Positions 56,174 through 64,000 of a stretch of DNA of 64,000 bases are shown here, piece after piece. Under the pieces are notes generated by a model that did not search any database, was not told the DNA's origin, and saw only the letters and a program-made list of their open reading frames with translations. The stretch is from an uncultured Gemmatimonadales bacterium. Its GTDB lineage: Bacteria; Gemmatimonadota; Gemmatimonadetes; Longimicrobiales; RSA9. The stretch covers positions 160,001 to 224,000 of the forward strand of contig CAWAMW010000017.1 of NCBI GenBank assembly GCA_963783305.1, read 5' to 3'. Position numbers and translations under genes: made by a program. The stretch's first letter is position 1, and each line of letters starts with the position of its first letter.

Positions 56174-57556
56174 TCATGATCCCGGGATCCCCGGTTCCGT
56201 CATCGACCGGGCGTCCAGCACCCGATCCAGCTCTTCGGCGGGCAGGACGTCCTTTTCCCGCGCCAGCTCCCGCACCGTCTTTCCTTCCCTGAACGCCTCT
56301 TTCGCGAGCGCGGCCGCTGCGTCGTAGCCGATGTGGGGCGCCAGTGCGGTGCCGAGCGAGAGGTTGCCCTCGAGCAGCTCCCTGATCCGCTCCTCGTTCG
56401 CCGTGATCCCGTCCACGCACTTGTCCGCCAGAACCTGCGACGCATTGGCGAGGATCCGGATGGACTGCAGGAGCGCCTGGGCCATGACCGGCATCATGAG
56501 GTTCAGCTCGAAGTAGCCCCCGGTTCCCGCCACCGTGATGGTGGTGTGATTGCCCATCACCTGCGCCGCGACCATGGTCACCGCTTCCGGGATCACCGGG
56601 TTCACTTTCCCGGGCATGATGCTGGACCCGGGCTGCGTGGACGGCAGCGTGATCTCGGCCAGACCCGCCCGCGGGCCGCTTCCGAGCCACCGGATGTCGT
56701 TAGCGATCTTCATGAGCGAGACCGCCAGAGTGTTCAGCGCGCCGTGGGCGAACACCACCGTGTCGCGCGTCGCCTGGCGCTCGAAATGATTGCTCGCTTC
56801 CACGAAGTCCAGCCCCGTCGCGTCCGCCAGCCGCGCGATGGTGCGGGCGGCGAACTCCGGGTGCGTGTTGATCCCCGTACCTACGGCCGTGCCCCCGAGC
56901 GGGAGCTCGCGCATGTCCGCCATCGCCTCCCGTACGCGGCGGATCCCGTGCTCGATCTGACTCGCGAAGCCCGCGAACTCCTGCCCCAGCCGGACGGGTG
57001 TGGCGTCCATCAGGTGCGTCCGGCCACTCTTCACCAGCCCGTCGAACTCCCGGGCCTTCCGCTCGAGCGCTGCCTTCAGCGCCTCCAGCGACGGGATCAG
57101 CTCCTGAGCCATCGCCACCGTGGCCGCCAGCTGCATGGCCGTGGGGATCGTGTCGTTCGATGACTGGCCGTTGTTCACATGATCGTTCGGATGGACCTCG
57201 TCGCCCAGCCGCCGGCTCGCCAGTGTCGCGATCACCTCGTTCGCGTTCATGTTCGTCGAGGTGCCGCTCCCCGTCTGGAAGATGTCGATGGGAAAGTGAG
57301 GGTCGTGCTCCCCCTCGATCACCTCCTGCGCCGCCTCGACGATCGCCGCCGCACGCGCCTCATCGAGGAGCCCCAGCTCCGCGTTCGTCCGGGCCGCCGC
57401 CTTCTTGATCATCCCCATGGCCGCGATGAACCCGCGCGGGAACCGCAGGTCGCTGATCGGGAAGTTCTCCACGGCCCGCTGCGTCTGCGCCGCGTACAGC
57501 GCGTCCGCCGGCACCCTCATCTCTCCCAGCGAGTCCTTTTCGATCCGATATTCCAT
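56174..57556 (-). CDS. fumC: Class II fumarate hydratase
   Basis: [40 protein letters not shown]. Confidence 0.93.
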   Translation of the reverse strand: MEYRIEKDSLGEMRVPADALYAAQTQRAVENFPISDLRFPRGFIAAMGMIKKAAARTNAELGLLDEARAAAIVEAAQEVIEGEHDPHFPIDIFQTGSGTSTNMNANEVIATLASRRLGDEVHPNDHVNNGQSSNDTIPTAMQLAATVAMAQELIPSLEALKAALERKAREFDGLVKSGRTHLMDATPVRLGQEFAGFASQIEHGIRRVREAMADMRELPLGGTAVGTGINTHPEFAARTIARLADATGLDFVEASNHFERQATRDTVVFAHGALNTLAVSLMKIANDIRWLGSGPRAGLAEITLPSTQPGSSIMPGKVNPVIPEAVTMVAAQVMGNHTTITVAGTGGYFELNLMMPVMAQALLQSIRILANASQVLADKCVDGITANEERIRELLEGNLSLGTALAPHIGYDAAAALAKEAFREGKTVRELAREKDVLPAEELDRVLDARSMTEPGIPGS

Positions 57557-57615
57557 CTTTCCCCTTCAGGTTGTTCCGTGAGCGAAGTGCGCCCCGAGAG
57601 CGGAGCGAGCCCTCC

Positions 57616-58317
57616 CTACTTCTTCGGCGGCCGGCTCGGCCGGACCTCGATCCTGCTGGGCAGCGTCCGATCCGGAGTGGCCAGGAGATCCAGTACGATC
57701 TGCCCGAGGTCCTCCGGCTGGATCTTCCACTCGGCGTCCCCAGAGCTGAACCCGGGCGTGGCCACGCTCCCCGGCATGATGTAGCTGACGCGTATGTCGT
57801 CGTGACGCACCTCCTGCATGAGCGCCTCGCTGAACCCGATCAGCGCGAACTTGCTCGCGTTGTACGCCGCGCCGCCCGGAAACGCATTCTTCCCGGCCAG
57901 GCTGCCGATGTTGATGATCCAGCCGCCTCCCCGCTCCTTCAGCCGCGGGATCGCCGCGCGCGAGCAGTAGAAGACGCCGTTCACGTTCGTGCGCTGGACC
58001 CGGTCCCACTCGTCCACCGACAGCTCCGCCACCGGCTTGAAGATCCCCACTCCCGCGTTGTTCACCAGGATGTCGAGTCCACCGAACGCGTCCACCGCCG
58101 TAGCGACCAGCGCCTCGCAGTCCCCGGCGCTGCCCACATCGCAGACGACCCCGCGGGCGTTCTCCCCAAGCTCGTCGGCTGCACGCTCCACCTCCTCCGC
58201 CGTGCGGGCCCCCACGACCACGCGGGCCCCCTGTCCGATGAGCGCCTCCGCGATCGCGCGACCGATCCCCTTCGTTCCCCCGGTGACCACCGCAACCTTG
58301 CCGTTCAATGCCGACAT
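57616..58317 (-). CDS. SDR oxidoreductase
   Basis: TGGTKGIG, LVNNAG, YNASK, IMPGSV. Confidence 0.9.
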   Translation of the reverse strand: MSALNGKVAVVTGGTKGIGRAIAEALIGQGARVVVGARTAEEVERAADELGENARGVVCDVGSAGDCEALVATAVDAFGGLDILVNNAGVGIFKPVAELSVDEWDRVQRTNVNGVFYCSRAAIPRLKERGGGWIINIGSLAGKNAFPGGAAYNASKFALIGFSEALMQEVRHDDIRVSYIMPGSVATPGFSSGDAEWKIQPEDLGQIVLDLLATPDRTLPSRIEVRPSRPPKK

Positions 58318-58502
58318 CCTCTTCCTTTCCGCTCTGTGACCATGCTCCCCCCGGGACCGCGCCGCAGGGGCCGTACCGCGACGCGCCCGAGCGTCCGCTC
58401 CTGCGCCCTCGGAGCTCGCTGCGTAGCCGAGGATCGCCGCGGGATCCAGGGGTGTGCCCACCTTGATTGCTCCCCCCAGCCGTCGCCCCTTACGTTTCCG
58501 CC

Positions 58503-59231
58503 ATGAACCTCGACAACAGCGTGGCACTGGTGACCGGCGGGGCCCACCGCGTGGGACGCGCGCTCGTCCTGGCGCTGGCCCGCGCCGGCGCTGACATCGC
58601 GCTCCACTACCACGGCTCGGAAGAGGCAGCGGAGCGAACGGCCGGGGAAGTGGAGGCCCTGGGGCGCCGGTGCGTCCGGTTGCCCGCGGATCTGGCCGAT
58701 GCGGAGCAGGCGGCGGCGCTGGCCGGCAGGGCGGTGGAGTCGCTCGGTCGCCTGGACGTGCTGGTAAACAACGCCGCCCTCTTCGAGTCCGCGTCGTTCC
58801 TGGAGGTCACAGCCGCGGACTGGGACCGCGTCATGGCTGTCAACGTGCGCGCCCCCTTCCTCCTCCTCCAGGCAACCGCACCCCACCTCGCCGCATCGAA
58901 AGGGGTGGCGGTCAACATCGCCAATGTCTCCGGGCTACGGCCCTGGCCGGCGTTTCCGCACCACAGCGTGTCGAAGGCGGCGCTGGTCCACCTGACGAAG
59001 GTGGCCGCCCGCGCGCTGGCGCCGGACGTGCGCGTGAACTGCATCGTCCCGGGAGCCGTGATGCCGCCGGAGGACTATACAGAAGCACAGCTGCGGGAGA
59101 GCCGCGATCGCACCGTGTTGGGCCGGATCGGCTCGCCGGACGACGTGGTCGAAGCGCTCCTGCTCCTGGTGCGATCGGAGTTCGCCACCGGGTCCGTGAT
59201 CGTCGTGGACGGTGGAAGGATGCTGAAGTAA
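58503..59231 (+). CDS. Pteridine reductase-like SDR with atypical catalytic residues
   Basis: TGGAHRVG and LHYHGS typical of PTR1/FolM-like SDRs; HxxxK replaces YxxxK. Confidence 0.75.
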   Translation: MNLDNSVALVTGGAHRVGRALVLALARAGADIALHYHGSEEAAERTAGEVEALGRRCVRLPADLADAEQAAALAGRAVESLGRLDVLVNNAALFESASFLEVTAADWDRVMAVNVRAPFLLLQATAPHLAASKGVAVNIANVSGLRPWPAFPHHSVSKAALVHLTKVAARALAPDVRVNCIVPGAVMPPEDYTEAQLRESRDRTVLGRIGSPDDVVEALLLLVRSEFATGSVIVVDGGRMLK

Positions 59232-59247
59232 CGGTGTAGAAGGCAGC

Positions 59248-61359
59248 ATGAAACGCATAGCACGACGCTGGAAGAGCTGGGGCACGGTGCGCCGCGTCCT
59301 CTATCCGCTGATCGCCGTCGGGGTCCTTCTTGGACTCGGCGGATTCCTCTGGGCCGGTCTCACCGTGGCGGGCGTCACGGGGCCCGGCTGTCCACCCATC
59401 GCGGAGCTCCGCACCTATCGGCCCCCGGAGGCCACCCGGGTATTCGCCGTGGACGGGTCGGTCGTAGCCGACCTGTCGCCTCAACGCAGGGTCGTTCTGG
59501 ACATCGAAGAAGTGCCACCCCTGCTTCGAGAAGCCGTGGTTGCCGTGGAGGACCGTCGCTTCTGGGACCACGGCGGCGTCGACTTCCGTGGAGTCGCCCG
59601 AGCGCTGTGGCGCAACGTCACGGGTCTCGGGATCGAGGAGGGCTTCAGCACCATCACAATGCAGCTCACCCGCAACATCTTCCCGGATCAGCTCCCGATG
59701 CGGGAGAAGGTGACGCGGAAGGTGTGCGAGGTCTATCTCGCCTACCGCGTCGAGGCGGAGTTCCAGAAGCGGGAGATCCTCGAGCTCTACCTGAACCAGA
59801 TCTACCTGGGCGGCGGTCTTTACGGGGTCGAGGCGGCGGCACAGGGATATTTCGGCACGTCGGTGAGCGAGATCTCGCCGGCCGAAGCGGCGCTCCTCGT
59901 GGCACTGGTGAAGAGCCCCGAGGGATACAACCCGCGCAAGAACCCGAGGAAGGCGGTCGAACGCCGCAACATCGTCCTTGGCGTCATGGCCGAGGCCGGC
60001 GTCATCGAGCGAGCCGAGGCCGACGCGGCTCGGCGGGCGCCCCTGGCTCTGGCGCCGCCGATCGAGGCGTCTGGACCCGCGCCGTACTTCGTGGCGGCCG
60101 TACGCAGACAGCTCCGGGAGGAGTTCGGGCCGGACGCCGATATTCGGGGGCTCCGGGTCTACACCGGCCTCGATCCCTCGCTCCAGCGCGGAGCCCGATC
60201 CGCGCTCGTCTCGCAGATCGACAAGATCGAGCAGGGCGGCTATGGACGGTACTCCCACGCGAAGGGGCCGGCGGCCGATCCGGAGGCCGCGGTGCTGCAG
60301 GGGTCTGTGATCATCCTGGACCCGCACACCGGCGACGTGCGGGCACTCGTGGGAGGCCGCGACTTCGCCACGTCACAGTTCGACCGGGCCCTCCAGGCGC
60401 GTCGGCAGCCGGGCTCCGCGTTCAAGCCGATCGTCTATGCCGCGGCGCTCGAGTCGGGGCTCCCGCCCACGGCCCGGCTCGGTACCACGCCGGTGGCCGT
60501 GAACACCCGCGGCTCGCCCACCTGGAGGCCCGGTGACCACGTGGCCGACAGCGTGGAGACCCTCTCCGTTCGCAAGGCGCTGGCGGTCTCGTCGAACAAC
60601 GCGGCCGTCCGTCTCGGACAGTGGGTCGGGGAAGGCCGCGTGGCGGCGATGGGGCACCGGCTCGGGCTCTCCACGGACATCCCGGAGTACCCGTCGATCT
60701 TCCTGGGCTCCGCCGAGGTCATACCGGCCGAGCTGGTGGCCGCGTTCGCCGCCTTCGGCAACGGCGGCTACAGGGTCGAGCCCCGTCTGTTTTTCCGCGT
60801 CGAGAACGGCGATGGGGCCGTGCTCTGGCAGGCGCGTCAGCCGGCCCATCAGGCGCTGGACCCGGGCGTGGCCTTCCTGACGCTCACGCTCCTCGAGGAA
60901 GTAGTGAACACCGGCACGGGCTCGGCCATCCGCGAGGGCGGGTTCTGGCTGCCCGCGGCGGGGAAGACGGGGACCACGAACGACGGCAAGGACGTCTGGT
61001 TCGTAGGGCTGACCCCGGACCTGGCGGCGGGCGTCTGGCTGGGGTTCGACAAGCCTCGATCGATCATGCCCGGCGCGAGCGGCGGGCGGCTGGCCGCACC
61101 GGTCTGGGCCACGGTCATGAAGGAGGCGTACCGGGAGCGGCCCGCGCCGGCCCCGTGGACCCCCCCCTCCAACGTCGTGAGCGCCCAGGTGGACCAGGCC
61201 ACCGGGTACCTGGCCACGGAGAACTGTCCGCCGGAGGACGTGAGAATCGAGTACTTCCTCGCGGGGACGGAGCCGGAGGAGTACTGCCCCGTCCATCCGC
61301 AGGAGGGCATGGATCGGTTCCTGGACGACCTGTGGGGTCGGATCCGGAAGATCTTCTAG
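59248..61359 (+). CDS. Class A penicillin-binding protein (PBP1A family)
   Basis: Transglycosylase EDRRF, GFSTITMQL, ELYLN; transpeptidase SAFK, SSN, KTG. Confidence 0.95.
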   Translation: MKRIARRWKSWGTVRRVLYPLIAVGVLLGLGGFLWAGLTVAGVTGPGCPPIAELRTYRPPEATRVFAVDGSVVADLSPQRRVVLDIEEVPPLLREAVVAVEDRRFWDHGGVDFRGVARALWRNVTGLGIEEGFSTITMQLTRNIFPDQLPMREKVTRKVCEVYLAYRVEAEFQKREILELYLNQIYLGGGLYGVEAAAQGYFGTSVSEISPAEAALLVALVKSPEGYNPRKNPRKAVERRNIVLGVMAEAGVIERAEADAARRAPLALAPPIEASGPAPYFVAAVRRQLREEFGPDADIRGLRVYTGLDPSLQRGARSALVSQIDKIEQGGYGRYSHAKGPAADPEAAVLQGSVIILDPHTGDVRALVGGRDFATSQFDRALQARRQPGSAFKPIVYAAALESGLPPTARLGTTPVAVNTRGSPTWRPGDHVADSVETLSVRKALAVSSNNAAVRLGQWVGEGRVAAMGHRLGLSTDIPEYPSIFLGSAEVIPAELVAAFAAFGNGGYRVEPRLFFRVENGDGAVLWQARQPAHQALDPGVAFLTLTLLEEVVNTGTGSAIREGGFWLPAAGKTGTTNDGKDVWFVGLTPDLAAGVWLGFDKPRSIMPGASGGRLAAPVWATVMKEAYRERPAPAPWTPPSNVVSAQVDQATGYLATENCPPEDVRIEYFLAGTEPEEYCPVHPQEGMDRFLDDLWGRIRKIF

Positions 61360-61441
61360 CCATCACCCGGTCGCCACCGACCGCGCGGAGGAGGAGCGGG
61401 GCCGATCACCGTCGGCCCGCTCCCGCCCCGCGGCGGAGCCG

Positions 61442-62446
61442 TCAGCCGGTGCCCGGAGCCTCCGCCGTCTCCAGCAGCGGGCTTTCGCCGATCCCCTGGT
61501 GCGACAGCCAGCGCTCCGCTTCCAGCGCCGCCATGCACCCGGTGCCTGCGGCCGTCACGGCCTGGCGGTAGAAATCGTCCATGACGTCGCCAGCGGCGAA
61601 CACCCCCTCGATGTCGGTAGCCGTGCGCCAGCTGTGGGTCTTCACGTACCCGTGCTCGGTCAGGTCGAGCTGTCCGTCCAGGAAGTCGGTGTTCGGTCGG
61701 TGGCCAATGGCCACGAACAGCCCGCCCACTTCCAACTCCGTGCTCTCTCCCGTCACGGTGTCCTTGAGGCGAAGCCCCTCGATCTGCTCGTAACCGAGGA
61801 TCTCCTCGACCACGCTGTTCCAGAGGACCTCGATCTTGGGGTGCTCGAGCACGCGCTTCGCCATGACGTTCGACGCCCGCAACTCGTCCCGACGATGGAT
61901 CACATAGACCTTGCTGGCGAACTTGCTCGCGTACGTCGCCTCCTCCATGGCAGTATCCCCACCACCGATCACTGCCAGGACCTTGTTCCTGAAAACCGGC
62001 AGCGCGGCATCACACACCGCGCACGCCGAGACGCCGCCGCCGCTCTGCGCCAGCCGCTCTTCGTTCGGTAGACCCAGCCACTTGGCGTTTGCGCCCGTGG
62101 AGACAATCACCGCGTGCGCACGGTACTCGTCCCCGGCGCGAGTGGTCACCGTGAACGGACGGTTCTGGAAATCCACCTTCTCCACCATCTCCATCATGGA
62201 GCGCGTGCCGAAACGGGTCGCCTGCTCCTTCATCTTCTGCATCAGCTCCGGACCCGTCACACCCTCGGGGAAGCCGGGATAGTTCTCGACCTCCGTGGTG
62301 ATCATCAGCTGCCCCCCCGGCAGCATGATTCCCTCGGGCTCCCCCTCCAGCACCAATGGGTTAAGGTCCGCCCGTGCCGCGTACAGCGCTGCCGTCCACG
62401 CCGCCGGGCCCGAGCCGATCACGAGTAGGTTCTCCACGTTTGCCAT
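61442..62446 (-). CDS. trxB: Thioredoxin-disulfide reductase
   Basis: IGSGPA, GGQL, ENYPGF, SACAVCD, GGGDTAMEEA, HRRDE, FAAGDV, QAVTAAG. Confidence 0.95.
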   Translation of the reverse strand: MANVENLLVIGSGPAAWTAALYAARADLNPLVLEGEPEGIMLPGGQLMITTEVENYPGFPEGVTGPELMQKMKEQATRFGTRSMMEMVEKVDFQNRPFTVTTRAGDEYRAHAVIVSTGANAKWLGLPNEERLAQSGGGVSACAVCDAALPVFRNKVLAVIGGGDTAMEEATYASKFASKVYVIHRRDELRASNVMAKRVLEHPKIEVLWNSVVEEILGYEQIEGLRLKDTVTGESTELEVGGLFVAIGHRPNTDFLDGQLDLTEHGYVKTHSWRTATDIEGVFAAGDVMDDFYRQAVTAAGTGCMAALEAERWLSHQGIGESPLLETAEAPGTG

Positions 62447-62594
62447 AGCGATATCCGATCTCGAGTGCATGCCTCCGAGCGTCCCTCAGGGGGAATGTAC
62501 AAAGTCTGGCAACCCTGCGGGTCGCGCCAGGGGAGTTGCAGCCAGTGTCCGCCGCGTGCTACACTCCCTTCCGGTCCACTCTATCCTGCGATCC

Positions 62595-63344
62595 ATGCAT
62601 CACGCCCACGACGGGAAGCTCCGCGAGGAGGACGCCGAACGACTGCTCGGCGCACTGGCCGGTGTCGTATCGGCTCACATCATCTCCGATGACGCGGGAC
62701 GGCTTCTGGAGATCCACGTTCTGGCCACTCCCGACCTGCACCCCAAGCAGGTCGTGCGGAACGTCGAGTCGGCGCTCTCCGCGGGGCTGGGCATCCAGGT
62801 GGACCGCCGCATCGTGAGCGTCGCCCAGATCCGGTCCTCGACCGTGGGCGGGAGCGGTTCCGTCAGCGCGGAGGACGCCGCGGCCGATCAGGGGAGCTCC
62901 CACGCCGCCGCCGCGGTCATCGACGCCATTGCCGATCGACAGCCGAACGCACCCATGGCGAGAGCCACCAGAAACGAGCGGCTGGAGTATGTGCGCTACG
63001 AATCACACCGGGATGAGGAGCTCTGCCACTGTCAGGTCCTGCTCCGCTCGCCGGCGGGCGAGGCGGCCGGGAACGGGTCGGGGCCCGACACCGCCGGTGG
63101 CCGGGCAGAGGCCGCGGCGCGCGCGGTATTCGACGCCCTCGCGAAGGCGCGGCCCGATCTCCGCATCCGCCTGGACGGCGCCGTGATCTCGCAATCGCGC
63201 GGCCGGAGCTTCGTCATCATCTCGGCCAATGTCGTTCTCGACAGGGCTACGATTCCACTGGCCGGCGCCGCCATCCTGAGCCGATCCCCCGAGGAGGCCG
63301 CCATACTCGCGGCGCTCCAGGCATCCAACCGTTGGAGCGCCTGA
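62595..63344 (+). CDS. Conserved hypothetical protein
   Basis: GVVSAHI...EIHVLA...PKQVVRNVESAL...DRRIVSVAQ N-domain plus a C-terminal alpha/beta domain; TATCCT 7 nt before ATG. Confidence 0.7.
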   Translation: MHHAHDGKLREEDAERLLGALAGVVSAHIISDDAGRLLEIHVLATPDLHPKQVVRNVESALSAGLGIQVDRRIVSVAQIRSSTVGGSGSVSAEDAAADQGSSHAAAAVIDAIADRQPNAPMARATRNERLEYVRYESHRDEELCHCQVLLRSPAGEAAGNGSGPDTAGGRAEAAARAVFDALAKARPDLRIRLDGAVISQSRGRSFVIISANVVLDRATIPLAGAAILSRSPEEAAILAALQASNRWSA

Positions 63345-63347
63345 AGC

Positions 63348-63947
63348 GTGAGCCCGGCCGACCTGGGCCCTGATCTGGAACGACTCCCGGGTGTTCTGGC
63401 GGCCACGGTCTTCGAGGACACCGCGCTGGGCCCCAGGATCTATCTCGCCACCGGCGTCCAGGCGGACCGGGAGGCGCTTCGCTCCACGATCCTCGCCGTC
63501 CTCCAGGACCGCGGGCTGACCGCTGACCCCGCTCGGATCCACATCGCAGTGGCCCCCGCCAGCGCCGCCACACCGCTCCCCACCTTCGCACTGGATTCCA
63601 TGGACGTGCACCGGGTGGGCGGGCGCGCAGAGGTCGAAGTTCGGCTGCGCGCCGGTGGGCGCACGGTGGTGGGGAATGCGGCCGAGCCCGACACCTCGGC
63701 GGGGCGAGCGCGGGCGGCGGCGCGAGCGATCCTCACCGCGGTCGAGTCGCTGGGACCGGACCTGCGGCTGGGGCTGCACGGCGCGCGCCGGCTCGACCTG
63801 TTCGGCCAGGATGCCGTGCTGGTCCTGCTGGAAGCGACGGAGGGAAGAGCCCACGTACACCTCCCGGGCTCCGCGCTCGTCGAGCAGTCGGTGGAGCATG
63901 CGGCCGCGGCGGCCACGCTGGGAGCGCTGCGCAGCTGGGGGCCCTGA
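63348..63947 (+). CDS. Hypothetical protein, paralogous in layout to 62595..63344
   Basis: Shared GV, DT.AGR..AAARA..A and G.A......AA..A.L motifs; 3 nt after the upstream stop. Confidence 0.65.
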   Translation: MSPADLGPDLERLPGVLAATVFEDTALGPRIYLATGVQADREALRSTILAVLQDRGLTADPARIHIAVAPASAATPLPTFALDSMDVHRVGGRAEVEVRLRAGGRTVVGNAAEPDTSAGRARAAARAILTAVESLGPDLRLGLHGARRLDLFGQDAVLVLLEATEGRAHVHLPGSALVEQSVEHAAAAATLGALRSWGP

Positions 63948-63953
63948 GGAGCC

Positions 63954-64000
63954 CTACTCGTCGCCCGTTTCCACGGGGGGCCCGATGAACTTCTCCACCT
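63954..64000 (-). CDS. C-terminal end of a gene entering from the right edge
   Basis: Minus-strand frame VEKFIGPPVETGDE* converging on 63947; too short to assign. Confidence 0.35.
   Translation of the reverse strand, partial: VEKFIGPPVETGDE

Overview
This is a high-GC bacterial window. Gene content and style suggest Gemmatimonadota, but that is an inference. It holds about 65 CDSs, mostly housekeeping, plus five notable modules. (1) A complete Pho locus (TonB-dependent receptor, beta-helix lipoprotein, phoB-phoR, porin, pstSCAB-phoU) with 11-bp-phased GTNAC boxes at three promoters. (2) A Lon homologue with an intact Ser-Lys protease dyad but substitutions in all six AAA+ motifs checked. (3) A compact, atypical chaperone-usher-like pilus cassette (43.3-49.0 kb), which is the best candidate for an undescribed system. 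It has three related single-domain subunits, a PapD-like chaperone, an usher-like protein and a convergent small secreted protein with a donor-strand-like N-terminus. Both ends carry the same palindromic double-IHF-like box next to a sigma54-like element. (4) A pterin operon with two different COG0720 paralogues, folE and an SDR, directly downstream of a 6S RNA. (5) Upstream of the 6S RNA, a candidate ~100-nt sRNA and a 61-bp tandem hairpin array. No tRNA, rRNA, CRISPR array, transposase or integrase was recognised. All protein calls come from motif recognition by eye; no database search was run.
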